A stretch of 64,000 nucleotides of DNA from Squalus acanthias (taxonomy: Eukaryota): the NCBI GenBank assembly GCA_030390025.1, contig CM059433.1, positions 30,754,001-30,818,000 of the forward strand, written 5' to 3'. A program made the translations under genes and the position numbers. Positions within the stretch are counted from its first letter, which is position 1. Each line of letters begins with the position of its first letter. Shown here in pieces: positions 25,511 to 38,120 of this stretch. Under the pieces are notes generated by a model. It saw nothing but the letters and a program-made list of their open reading frames with translations. It ran no database searches and was not told where the DNA came from.

Positions 25511-26356
25511 CAACTGATTCATGGCATGCTTCTACAGAAGTGCTAGGCTGGATTAATCAAGTTACTGGGGAATAATTCTCCAGCGATTATTTTTCTAAGT
25601 AAGCCTGCTAATTCACTGTGTGCAGATAAGTTAGCGGATTGATTGACTGATTGACTGCGTCAAGGCAGAAGAGTGGCCACACTTTTGCTTGGCAGTGCGG
25701 TGATAGGCTGACAAGGAAGCTCCCTTTTTCCTCTTAGACTGAATCGCTTGTCACTGTGAATTTACTGGCACCACTTAAAATAGTAAATCTGTAACGTACA
25801 AATACTTTACTGAGCCTCCTTGCCCCTTATCAGCAAGAATATATATATATTTTTCTCAGTTATTGATTTTTTTTCCAAGGGGTGAATGCCTCCATATTTC
25901 TCAGCTAGGATTCTTTATCTCCCTCCCAGTGAAATGCATCATTCGTACACAGTGCTATTTGTTCGCTGTGAACTATCTGTTAAATGTATCACCAATATAT
26001 CAGCAACCAAACTGCAGTGCAATAACTCCAGCAGCTCACCATGAAATGCTAAATTCATGACATATCAGGCAATTTTTTATGTCTAATGTTGACCTCATCA
26101 GGTTAATGGTTGTTTGCAGTAGTCACATCCCGGATTTCTGTTCAACTTAAGCCAGCTAAATAGCTGCAGGCAGCTCAGGGACTATTTACAAGTCCACTTA
26201 AATCATGTAAAAATTATGATGTGCGTCAGAAGGAAATAATAATGAGAGATCTCGCAACTGCAATAATGTCAACTCTTCCGGGGAGGCAAAGCTTGAATAA
26301 TGCAATGGGGCCTCATCAGCATTAAATATACTCTGACCTACACGCTATCCATCATA

Positions 26357-26711
26357 CAGGAAACTCTCGTTTAAATGGCACCTAAATATCCGGAATTCTC
26401 TAATAACCGGCAGAATTCATACTCCGAAAACTACAGTATACAGTCGTTTATAAGTTTTGTTTTACTGTTAAGTAATTAAAGAGTTATGGATTACCCTCAA
26501 CTGGCATTACTGGACTTAATCAAGCATCTTCCACCATCCATTTAACACAACATTCTGTAGGGGAGTACCCAATTATACTGCACATTTCTTGATTTTTTTA
26601 TTTTTGTTTGTTAAAAATAGCCTCGGTAGATATACCTCTCCGTTATCCGGAATTTTTAATCAACCGGCACCATCCCGGTCCCGTCGGTGCCGGATACGAA
26701 AGAGTTTCCTG
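26357..26711. mobile_element. Tc1/mariner (Tigger/pogo-like) MITE
   Basis: TA|CAGGAAACTCT…AGAGTTTCCTG|TA: TIR plus TA TSD. Confidence 0.8.
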
Positions 26712-29600
26712 TATAAGCTAGATATATGATTACAAGCCAATTACAGTTATTAGCTGATATCCGACATTGGATCTAAACTCTGGGTGGCTATTATTCAATT
26801 AGCACGTACAGATGCTGGATCAGGGTCACATGAAAGAGAGCAATGGATCGCTAAAAAATAAATTGCAGGATGCACCTATTTTATGTGGCGAGGTGACACT
26901 TTTGGTGTCCAGGGTGAACACGTGTGCAGGAAGTGTCTCCAGCTGCCGCTACTCGAAATCCGTGTTTCGGAGCTTGAGCTGCTGCTGGAGTCACTGTGGA
27001 GCATCCGCGAGGCTGAGATCTTCGTGGATAGCACGTTTAACGAGGTGGTCACACCGCAGGTAAAGAGTGCACAGGCAGACAGGGAATGGGTGACCGCCAG
27101 ACAGAGTGAAAGAACTAGGAAGGTAGTGCAGGAGTCCCCTGGGTCCATCTCCCTCTCCAACAGATTTTCTGTTTTGGATACTGCTGGGGAAGATGGTTTC
27201 TCAGGGGAATGCAGCAAGAGCATTCGCAACAAGGTGGATGAATTAATGGCACCAATAGAAGTAAATGGGTATGATGCAATTGCCATTACAGAGACATGGT
27301 TGCAGAGTAACCAAAGCTGGGAACTGAATGTTCCAGGGTACTCAACATTTAGGAAGAACAGACAAAAAGGAAAAGGAGGTGGCGTAGCGCTGTTAATAAG
27401 GGATGAGATCGGAACGGTAGAGATAAAAGATCTTGGCTTGGCAGATCGTGATGTAGAACTGGAATCAGTTTGGGTGGAGCTAAGAAACAGCAAAGGGTGG
27501 AAAACATTGGTGGGAGTTGTGTATAGGCCACCAAACAGTAATGGTAATGTAGGGCACAGTATCAATCAAGAGATTAGAAGTGCATGTAACAAGGGCAATA
27601 CGGTAATCATGGGGGACTTTAATCTACATATTGACTGGGCAAATCAAATTACCACTAATGGTGTGGAGGACGAATTCTTGGAATGCATGCGAGATGGTTT
27701 CCTGGATCAGTATGTGGAGGAACCAACCAGGGAACAGGCTATTCTGGATCTGGTACTATGTAATGAGAAAGGGCTAATCAATAATCTTGTGGTAAAGGAG
27801 CCTTTAGGGACAAGTGACCATAATATGATTGAATTTTACATTAAGTTTGAGAGTGATGTAGTCCAATCTGAAACTAAGGTCTTCAATCTAAACAAAGGAA
27901 ACTACAAGGGTATGAGGGACAAGTTGGCCATGGTAGATTGGGAGACTACACTAAAAGGTATGAAGGTGGACATACAATGGCTAACATTCAAGGAAATAAT
28001 GCATAATTTGCAACAAACATATATTCCTCTAGGGCATAAAAACCCAAAAGGAAAAGTGATCCAACCATGGCTAACAAAAGAAATTAAAGCTAGTATTAAG
28101 TCAAAGGAGGAAGCTTATAAAGTTGCCAGAAAAAGCGGTCAGCCTGAGGATTGGGATCTTTTTAGAAATCAGCAAAGGGGGACCAAGAAATTGATAAAGG
28201 GAAAATGGAATATGAGCACAAACTAGCAAAAAATATAAAAACGGATTGTAAAAGCTTCTATAGGTATGTGAAAAGGAAAAGACTGGCGAAGGTAAATGTA
28301 GGTCCTTTACAGTCAGAGATGGGAGAATTTATAATGGGGAATGAGGAAATGGTAGCAAAATTAAATAAATACTTTGTTTCTGTCTTCACGGAGGAAGACA
28401 CAAAAAACCTCCCAGAAATACGAGAAAACCAAGAGTGTGACGAGAATGAGGAACTTAAAGAAATTATTATTAGTAAAAAAACAGTACTAGCAAAATTAAT
28501 GGGACTAAAAGTCGATAAATCCCAAGGACCGGATGACCTACATCCTAGGGTTTTGAAAGAGGTGGCCATTGGAATAGTGGACGCATTGGTTGTCATCTTC
28601 CAAAATTCTATAGAGTCTGGAACGGTTCCTGCAGATTGGAGGATAGCAAATGTAACACTGCTATTTAAGAAAGGAGGGAGAGAGAAAACGGGGAACTACA
28701 GACCTGTTAGCCTCAGATCAGTGGCTGGGAAAATGCTGGAATCTATTATAAAGGATGCAATAACTGGGCACTTAGAAACTAATAGTAAGATTGGGCAGAG
28801 TCAACATGGATTTATGAAAGGGAAATCCTGTTTGACAAACCTATTGGAGTTCTTTGAGGATGTAACTAGTGGAGTAGACAAAGTGGAACTGGTAGATGTG
28901 GTGTATCTGGATTTTTAGAACGCCTTCGATAAGGTCCCACACAAGAGGTTGGTGAACAAAATTAGGGCACATGGAATTGGGGGTAATATACTAGCATGGA
29001 TTAAGAATTGGTTAACAGACAGAAAACAAAAAGTAGGGATAAACGGGTCTTTTTCAGGATGGCAGGCTGTGACTAGTGGGGTACCGCAAGGATCGGTGCT
29101 TGGGCCCCAGCTATTCACAATCTATATCAATGATTTGGATGAGGGGACTAAATGTAACATTTCCGAATTTGCTGATGATACAAAGCTAGGTGGCAGTGTC
29201 AGTTGCGAAGAGGATGTGAAGAGGCTTCAAGGGGATCTCGACAGGCTCAGTGAGTGGGCGAGAACATGGCAGATGGAATATAATGTGGATAAATGTGAAG
29301 AAAAAACAGAAAGGCAGAGTATTTCCTAAATGGTGAAAGATTGGGGAATGCAGATGCTCAAAGGGACCTGGGTTCCTTGTACATGAGTCACTGAAAGTGA
29401 ATGTGCAGGTGCAGCAAGCCATTAGGAAGGCAAATGGTATGCGGGCCTTCATTACAAGAGGATTTGAGTACAGGAGTAAAGAAGTCTTACTCCAATTATA
29501 TAGGATAGCAAAATACTGCAGCTGCTGGAAATCCGAAATAACAACAGAAAACGCTGGAAAAACTCAGCAGGCGAGGCAGCATCCGTGGAGAGAGAAACAG

Positions 29601-29637
29601 AGTTAACGTTTCAGGTCGAAGACCTTTCATCAGAACT
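29601..29637 (-). ncRNA. Minimal type I hammerhead ribozyme motif in Penelope pseudo-LTR
   Basis: AGUU-CUGAUGA-A-AGGUC-uuc-GACCU-GAAA-CG-UU-AACU: stems I and II plus a palindromic minimal stem III. Confidence 0.75.
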
Positions 29638-31166
29638 GGAAACAGCCGGAAATCAAATAGATTTAAGGCAAGGATAAAGCTGGGAAAAGGGGGAGGGGAT
29701 GAAAGAACAAAAGGAGAGATTAAGAGACATTAAGAGACATTAAGAGATATTCAAGGCAAGAGGTGGTGTTAATGTGACAGGTTAATGTTCCAGTCCTACT
29801 CGGGTCCCCTCCCTCACCTCTTTTTCTGGTACATTGATGACTGTATCGGTGCCGTCTCCTGCTCTCGCCCTGAACTGGAACATTTCATTCACTATGCTTC
29901 CAATTTCCACCCTTCCCTCACCTTCACATGGTCCATCTCCGACTCTTCCCTTCCCTTCCTCGACTTCTCCGTCTCCATCTCTGGGATAGGTTATTGACTA
30001 ACATTCACTACAAGCCCACTGACTCCCACAGGTACCTGGACTACACTTCCTCCCACCCCGCCTCCTGTAAGGACTCTATTCCATTCTCCCAGTTTCTCCG
30101 TCTCTGCCGCATCTGCTCTGACGATGCCACCTTCCATACCAGTGCTTCCGACATGTCTTCCTTTTTCCTCAACCGAGGATTCCCCTCTACCGTGGTCGAC
30201 ACGGCCCTCGACCATGTCCGTTCTATCTCCCGCACTTCTGCCCTCACCCCTGCCCCTCCCTCCCGGAACCACGATAGAGTTCCCCTTGTCCTCACCTTTC
30301 ACCCCACCAGCCTCCACATTCAACGGATCATCCTCCGCCATTTCCGCCACCTCCAGCGTGATCCCACCACCAAACGCATCTTCCCCTCACCTCCCCTTTC
30401 AGCATTCCGCAGGGTCTGCTCCCTCCGCGACACCCTAGGCCACTCCTCTACCACCCCCAGCACCCCTTCCCCTTCGCCCGGCACCTTCCCGTGCAAGCGC
30501 AGGAGATGCAACACATGCCCTTATACCTCCCCTCTTCCCACTATCCAGGGCCCCAAACACCCCTTCCAGGTGAAACAGCGATTTACTTGTACTTCCTGCA
30601 ATTTAGTATACTGTATTCGCTGCTCATGATGTGGTCTCCTCTACATTGGGAGACCAAACGCAGATTGGGTGACCGCTTTGCGGAACACCTCCGTTCAGTC
30701 CGTAAGGGGGACCCCGAGCTCCCAGTCGCCTGTCACTTTAATTCACCGCTTCACTCCCACTCTGACCTCACCGTCCTCGGCCTATTACACTGTTCCACGG
30801 AAGCGCAGCGTAAGCTCGAGGAACAGCACCTCATCTTTCGTTTAGGCACGCTACAGCCCTCTGGACTCAATATCGAGTTCAACAATTTTAGATCATAACC
30901 TTAGCCCCAATCACATTTATATTTTATTTTTTCATCCACCCTTTTATTTGCCCCCCCCCTTTTTTTTCCCTCCTAGAAGCTGGCAGCTGTCCTTCATTCT
31001 GCCAGTGGATTTCACACTTCTTTCAGCCTTAACCTGTCACATTAACACCACCTCTTGCCTTGAATATCTCTTAATGTCTCTTAATCTCTCCTTTTGTTCT
31101 TTCATCCCCTCCCCCTTTTCCCAGCTTTATCCTTGCCTTAAATCTATTTGATTTCCGGCTGTTTCC

Positions 31167-31203
31167 AGTTCTGATATAAGGTCTTCGACCTGAAACGTTA
31201 ACT
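31167..31203 (+). ncRNA. Hammerhead motif copy with mutated core
   Basis: Same as 29601-29637 but CUGAUGA changed to CUGAUAU. Confidence 0.6.
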
Positions 31204-31886
31204 CTGTTTCTCTCTCCACGGATGCTGCCTCGCCTGCTGAGTTTTTCCAGCGTTTTCTGTTGTTATTTCCAATTATATAGGGCCTTGGTGAGACCACACC
31301 TGGAGTACTGTGTACAATTTTGGTCTCCTTACCTAAGGAAGGATATACTTGCCATAGAGGGAGTGCAACGAAGGTTCACGAGATTGATTCCTGGGATGGC
31401 GGGACTGTCGTATGAGAAGAGATTGAGTAAACTAGGCCTGTATTCTCTTGAATTCAGAAGAATGAGAGGGGATCTCATTGAAGCATACAACATTATTACA
31501 GGGCTTGATAGAATGGATGCTGGGAGAATGTTTCCCTTGGCTGGGGAGTCTAGAACCAGGGGCCACAGCCTCAAGATAAAGGGTAGGCCATTCAGGACTG
31601 AGATGAGAAGAAATTTCTTCACACAGAGGGTGGTGAATCTTTGGAATTCACTACCCCAGAGGGCCGTGGAGGCTCAGTCATTGGTATATTTAAAACAGAA
31701 GTCGATAGATTTCTGACTAGTAAGGGCATCAAGGGATATGGCGATAGGGCCGGTGAATGGAGTTGAGGCGGAAGATCAGCCATGATCTCATTGAATGGCG
31801 GAGCAGGCTCGAAGGGCCGAATGGCCTACTCCTGCTCCTATTTCTTATGTTCTTATGTTCTTATGAGGTGCATAGCCTTCCCTAGG

Positions 31887-32158
31887 TGTCAGCCGTAGCT
31901 TAGTTGGTATCACTCTCGCCTCTGATTCAAAGGGTCGTGGGTTCAAGTCCCACTCCAGAGACTTGAGCACATAATCTAGGCTGACACTCCAGTGCAGTGC
32001 TGAGGGAGTGCTGCACTGTCGGAGGTGCCATCTTTTTGGATGAGATATTAACCGGTGGCCCTGTCTGCCCTCTCAGGTGGACATAAATGATTCAATGGCA
32101 CTATTTTGAAGAAGAACAGGGAAGTTCTCCCCAGTGTCCTGACCCACATTTATCCCTT
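31887..32158 (+). mobile_element. DeuSINE, 3'-truncated
   Basis: Head and central domain present. Confidence 0.85.
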
Positions 32159-32689
32159 GGATTTTCAGTATTGAAAGAGGTATAGAAGATTAATTAATGG
32201 TATGGAGAAGGTAAGTACAGGAAAATTACTCCAAACTAAAGTACAAGAGCGAGACAATGGAAGGTTCAAGCTAGTACAAGGCAAAGTTATGACTGATATC
32301 AGGAGGTTAATCTTCACATAAAGAGTGGTTGGTATGTAGTACAGACGTCCAGATAGAGTAATGAAGGAGAAAACCCTGCAATCTGATAGCTCAATTTTTT
32401 GTTAGCGCTACATTCCCATTTTGCTGTGCTATTATAATTTGTTTTTTTAATGCCAAAGAAAGGACTCAACTATCGGGAGTAGACTGTAACCTTTCATATG
32501 AAACTTTGTCAAATGCCTTTTGGAGATCTAAGTACACCACGCTGGAGGGTTTTCCACTGTCCCCTTGGGATGTCACACCTCAAAGAAGTCAAGTAAATTC
32601 ATTAGGCAGGATCTCCCCCTTCTAATGCTATTGTGATTGTTGTTTACCAGGTTATTATTGTACAGATCTTGATTTATTCTTGATCATCT

Positions 32690-33086
32690 CCCCTGTGCTT
32701 GCTGATCTAAGGTCAGGCAATGCCTGGATTTTAACATTCTCATGCTTGTTTTCAAATCCATGCACTCGCCCCTTCCTATCTCTGTAACTTCCTCTAGCCC
32801 TACAACCCTCCGCATTCTCTGCGCTCCTCCAATTCTAGCCTTTTGCGCATCTCCGATTTTCTTCACTCCACCATGCCCCCCCAAATCTCTCTGCTTCCCC
32901 ACCTCTCTCTCCTCCTTTAAGATGCTCCTTAAAACCTACCTCTTTGACCAAGCTTTTGGTCACCTGTCCTAATAGCCCCTTAAGTGGCTCGGTCTCAAAT
33001 TCTGTTCGATAACGTCCCTGTGAAGTGCCTTGACACATTTTACTACGTTAAAGGTGCTATATAAATACAAGTTGTTGTTGTTGTTG
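32690..33086 (+). mobile_element. L2 3' fragment
   Basis: SLSSFKMLLKTYLFDQAFGHLS; (TTG)n tail. Confidence 0.87.
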
Positions 33087-34059
33087 ATGATCGGTTCCAT
33101 CAAAATTTATTTAGCTTTAATATAAAAGCTAATATTGTCATCTAACTAAAAACATGGTTTTAATATGGGAAGCTATTACTACACGGCAAGCGAAAGTTTT
33201 ATCAAAATAATATTTTTCGTCTTGATTTTTACAAGAAAACACAGCATAATTGCAAAAGCAACCTTGATTTGTTCATCCCGTCCTTGACAATGAATTGCTA
33301 TGGCAGATTAATTTACCACCTCACCCTATGGCTTCACTATTTAATTAGATCAGGAGCCATTTACTGTGTGGTGTGCTGTGGGATACATAAGACATTACCG
33401 TGTGAACGTCCTTTGTATGCGATGGTTTTGAAATATTCGTCTACGTCCTTTAAATGAAGATAAAACGTACAATGAACACCTCAACCAGAAATCATAATCA
33501 AGAATGTAGCAAGAGGATAAAGAACTCATGAGTTTCAACTTGTTATCTGTTTTATTTTCAGAACCTGAAATAAATAAAAGATTTAACGTACTGGTACAAT
33601 CAGAAAAGACCAAAGAAGCTCTGCTGACAGCAGACCAGCTATTCATCAGATTCATACCTTCTCTCGAGCATAGTGATTTAGTCATTCACCTCATGTGTAG
33701 GTGCGGGGGAAGGGAAGAGTGTTCCTCTCTGCTATTTGAAGTGAATGCGGGGACACAAGTAAAAAAGGAACTGAATGGAGAAGGAAAGAAATGTAGATAA
33801 ACATTCCAAGGCATTTTACAGAGGGGCCAATGTGCAAGGGTTGGGCCTCTGAGGAAGGGCCCACAGAGGTGACCGGAAGCTTGGCTGTGGAGACATGTTT
33901 TGGACAAGTCTTTGACTGTAAGTTGCGTGGGATTGCTGCTGACAATTCATCCATGCAGAGTTCCACTTTTCCCCATCTTACTTGATTCACAAAAAGATAA
34001 GAAAACATGGAATGGGAGAAGGTCCATAGCACCTGGTGCAATCTATCCTCTTCATGAAA

Positions 34060-34468
34060 AAAAGAATTGCATTTCTGTAGCGCCTTTCATAACCTCAGGA
34101 CGTCCTGAAGCGCTTTACAGCCAATGTAGTGTTGGAAACACGACAGCCATTTTGCGCACAGCAAGATCTCAATATGGTAATGACAAGTTAACCTGTTTTT
34201 AGGTGTTGGTTGAGGGATAAATATTGTCCAGAACACTGGGGAGAACTCCCCTGATCTTCCTAAAAATCATTCCATGAGATCCTCCTGAGAGAGCAGATGG
34301 GGCCTCAGTTTAATGTTTCATCTGAACGACGGCACCTCCGACAGTGCAGCACTCCCTCAGTACTGCACTGGAGCATCAGCCTAGATTTTGTGCTCAAGTC
34401 TCTGGAGCGGGACTTGAACCCACAACCTTCTGACTCAGAGGCGAGCGTGGCACCCACTGAGCCACACC
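34060..34468 (-). mobile_element. DeuSINE
   Basis: Reverse complement of 18752-19222. Confidence 0.85.
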
Positions 34469-35427
34469 TGACTCTGCCCAACCATTTTAATCTACTGAAG
34501 GAAAGTTCTGAATAATTTCTCTCTGATGCCCCAGTAAATATCTGTCCTCAAGGGTATGTAAAGAAACACACATCTTTTCCACTCGGTTGCACTTTTTTCC
34601 CGACGCAATTCGCCCTAAATCGGCGGATAGGCGAGGTCGCTCGGGCGGCCAGAGGTCAATGACCGTCTCTTCAGAGAAGGCCCGCAGGCAGGCAGTTAGG
34701 CATGGCAAGAGGGCTGGGGTAGGGGAGGCTGTGACTTTCCTGCGGGGACCGGAGTTCTACTCTTGCTCCTCCTGGCCTCGCAAAGGAAAGTTTCTCACTT
34801 ACCTTGTAGGGCCTCCTCCGTCTGTCTGCTTCAGCCTGGAGGGAATGCCTGCTTTAAGCAGCTGCCTCATCTGCCCACAAAACCCTGCAAGGTTGAAGTG
34901 AGAAATGGCACGAAAGGGGACGAGTTTGGAGCGGGTAAGTAATATGCTCCTTTTTAACTGCCCACTGCACAATTTTGGCCAGACGGGTAGGGTTAATATT
35001 CAACCTTGCGCAGACATGCCAACTCTGGCAAATTTATCGCGAGAGACGCAATTTCTAAGTAAAATTACGCCTCACTTATGATCTCGCGATAAAACTCTCA
35101 AATCTCAAGATTTTTTTTTCTACTGGCATGATTGGTCTTCTGAAACGTCAATCTATGTCACACCTCAGATCATCTAGACTACTAGACCAATCAGAACGCA
35201 GTATTTGGTTGTCAGGGCAATGCCCTCCTGGGATTGGCTGCTGCTGGGACACGTGGGTTAGGTTTCATCCTATAAGGAGGCAGCCGTTTTAGCAAATGTG
35301 ACTGGGTGGGAGGGCGAATCCTTCTTTAACATGTGAGGGAAAAAAAGTCAGAGAAGAAGCCGAGGGCACGGTGAGTGAGTGTATTTACAAGTGCAGAATG
35401 TATCCTCACTATAAACCGTTCCTTTAC

Positions 35428-35940
35428 CTGGATCTCCTCCTTCTTGTCCACCAACAGGAAGCTGCTGACAGCTTCGGCCAGCCTCTTGTTCCTCAGGGTG
35501 ACCAGCTTGGCCTTCTGCTGCTCCTGCTACTCGGGGCCAGAGTCAGGGCTGGGCCCAAGCTTCGGGTGGCTGACCAGTAGGTGATTGCGCTTATTGGAGT
35601 GGCTCTGGCACTCAGCGCACAGGTTGACTTTGCAGCTCTGGCAGTGGGCGGTGGTCCTGTGCTGGGCGGTGAGCGTAGGCCCAGCCCTGGCCCACTGCAC
35701 TGGTCACAGGCAGCTCCGCTCATGGTTTCTGAAGCGCGGCTGGTCGTGCAGCTCCTTCTCGCAGCGAGCCCACTGCAGGCTCCCGCACACGTCGCACTCG
35801 ATGGCTGCCTCCAAGCCGCTGCAAGCGCAGGTCTCCTGGCAGCTCAGCCCCGCGCTGCCCCCGTCACCACTCCTAGTACTGCAGGCTTAGGTGGGTGCGG
35901 GGCCTATGCTGGGCCTGGCAGGTGAACTCTGGCCGCTCAT
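35428..35940 (-). pseudogene. ZFYVE1: Disabled ZFYVE1 (DFCP1)-like first coding exon
   Basis: MSGQSSPA…GLSCQETCACSGLEAAIECDVCGSLQWARCEKELHDQPRFRNHER…HCQSCKVNLCAECQSHSNKRNH…SFLLVDKKEEIQ|gtaaag matches the recalled ZFYVE1 N-terminus (MSAQTSPA…CQESYACSG…RNHER…CQTCKINLCLECQ…SFLLVDENEEIQ); stops at 35887-35889, 35704-35706 and 35527-35529. Confidence 0.88.
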
Positions 35941-36671
35941 CCTCGCCGTCGGCTGCATCAGAGTCGCATCAGAGTCAGGATTTTCTTCAGAAAATTACCG
36001 CTCGGAACGGACACTCGCCGTAACTCGGCCTGGGGTCCCGCCAGGGCTGCGCGCTTCTAACCATCTCGCCTACCAATGCTTTATTGTTCACGGGAGCAGA
36101 GAGAGCCGGTGTTTGCACTCTCTGTGTAATCATGCCTCACACTGGGACCAGTACCTGGTAGAAATATTAAAGTGTGGAAGAGTGGGACACAAAGGTGAGT
36201 CTCCTGAGGCAGGAACAAATTAAAAGCACCTTACAAGTTAGCCATCCCAGAATGGCTGGTGGTTATAACATATATATATATATTTAGCAGTTGTGAGTAT
36301 TATCTTGAAGTGTTGCTTATTCGGCAATTGAATAAAATGCTTTGTAATCTTGATACCAGTTTCTGTGGTTGCTGGTTCTGCTCAGAGTCAGAGTGAGTAA
36401 TAAGGTTAATTCCCCTAAGCAGAGGGAGAAATAATACAAGCGAGATTCGAACCTTGCACGATGGATAACTACACTGTCAGATGTGCTGCTGAGACCAAGA
36501 AGGCCCCAAATGAAATCTTGGATTTGAACCCCAGAAATCTCCTGATAACCAACAATACAAATTTAAAAACTGATTTTTATATAGCTACATTTTTCTTTTT
36601 ACTTTCATGAATCATTACTGGTAAAATTACAAAGTAAAGCAATTCTAGCATCTAAAATGCAGAATGAAGAT

Positions 36672-37135
36672 TACACAGAGTCAACAGCACAGAAACAGGC
36701 CATTCGGCCCAACTGGTCCATGCTAGTGTTTCTGCTCCACACGAGCCTCCTCCCACCCTACTTCATCTCACCCATTCAGCATATCCTTCGATTCCTTTCT
36801 CCCTCATGTACTTATTTAGCTTCCCCTTAAATGCATCTATGCTATTCAACTCAACTACTCCTTGTGGTAGTAAGTTCCACATTCTCACCACTCGCTGGGT
36901 AAAGAAGTATCTCCTGACTTCCCTATTGGATTTATTAGTGACTATCTTATATTTATGGCCCCTAGTTTTGGAACCCCCCACAAGTGGAAACATCTTCTCT
37001 ACATCTACCCTATCAAACCCCTTCATAATTGTAGAGTCATCAGGCCACCCCTTCAGCTTTCTCATTTCTCAAGAAAAGAGCCCTAGCCTGTTCAGTCGTT
37101 CCTGATAGTTATAACCTCTCCGTTCTGGTATCATC
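36672..37135 (-). mobile_element. CR1 3' fragment
   Basis: ORF 36763-37065 (MFPLVGGSKTRGHKYK…). Confidence 0.9.
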
Positions 37136-37698
37136 TCTGTAAAAAAAAATTAAGATGCAATGCTCCTTTAAAGTCTGTTGGAATTATCTGAATAAAACAT
37201 TGGTGCGATAGCTTGACGCTACCACAATAAAGTTACGGTTGATTAATCACTGAATGGCTCCATTGTATCAATGACCTTCATATTTATTAATATGTACTCA
37301 GCACCAGGTACAATAAGTAAAAGTCAGGAAATTAGCAAGAGCTTTCTGTGTGAGGGATAATGACCTTTTAGTTACATTAATAGATTTTTATTAGTCACAG
37401 ATTCATAATAACTTACTTTACAAGAAAGAACTTCCATCATTTTCAGTTTGCTAAATGGGGCATCATTGCTTTTTCTTATATTTGGCTTTCTTTTCTCTTT
37501 AGCTCACGATTTTCTCTGCCGCTTCATCTCCCCTCTCTTCTTCCCCTGAAGGCACTCACTCCATGCAAGGTTACAGTTCCAGGAGTGCCAGTGAGCTGCA
37601 GGATCTAGACTCAAGTGGCCATTACTCACTTGAACCTTGGAAGACTCCATGACTGAGGGGTGCGGGGGAGGGGTGATCCTTTCCTCACATGGTATCCA

Positions 37699-38120
37699 TA
37701 GGAACAGGAGTAGGTCATTCAGCCCCTCGGGCCTGCTGCATCATTCAATTAGATCATGGCTGATCTGTACCTCAACTCCATTTACCCACCTTTGCTCCAT
37801 ATCCTTTGACATCCTTATCTAACAATAATCTATCAGTCTCAGTCTTGAAAGCTCCAATTGTCCCCCAGCATCTACAGCCTTTTGGTAGATTTCCACTACC
37901 TTTTGCGTGAATAAGTGGTTCCTGATTTTGCTCCTGAACTAAATTTTAATTTTAAGATTGTGTCTCCTTGTTCTTGATTCCCCCACCAGAGGAAATAGTT
38001 CCCCCGTATCTACTCTAGCAAATTCTTTTAACATTTTAAACACTTCAATTAGATCACGCCTCAATCGTCTATACTCAAGGGAACATAAGGCAAGTTTATG
38101 CAACCTGTCCTTATAATTTA
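37699..38120 (-). mobile_element. CR1 3' fragment inserted in SINE family X
   Basis: ataggaacaggagtagg end; flanks continue family X. Confidence 0.8.

Larger units (their letters stand above)
29505..31267 (+). mobile_element. Penelope-like element (RT C-terminus plus GIY-YIG endonuclease) with inverted 5' pseudo-LTR
   Basis: YIDDC, HYKPTDSH, SIPFSQFLRLCRICS, NLVYCIRC…YIGET; about 250-bp inverted repeat 29536-29785 / 31030-31269; duplication TCCAATTATATAGG at 29491-29504 and 31268-31281. Confidence 0.95.
26880..31865 (+). mobile_element. Long CR1 LINE (part of ORF1, endonuclease, RT), internally deleted and interrupted by a Penelope element
   Basis: AITETWL, VYRPP, MGDFN, SDH (AP endonuclease); NYRPVSL, QHGF, VPQGSVLGP, FADD (RT); (TTCTTATG)n tail; frameshift near 28210 and stop at 28916. 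Confidence 0.97.

Noticed and set aside
35330..35427. Continuation of ZFYVE1 coding sequence (VKERFI…) implying a retrocopy
   Set aside because: No match to the expected following motif KVVSIFGNTGDGKS; best read as intron
35371..36223. Plus-strand ORFs over the GC-rich region
   Set aside because: Antisense shadows of the ZFYVE1-like exon
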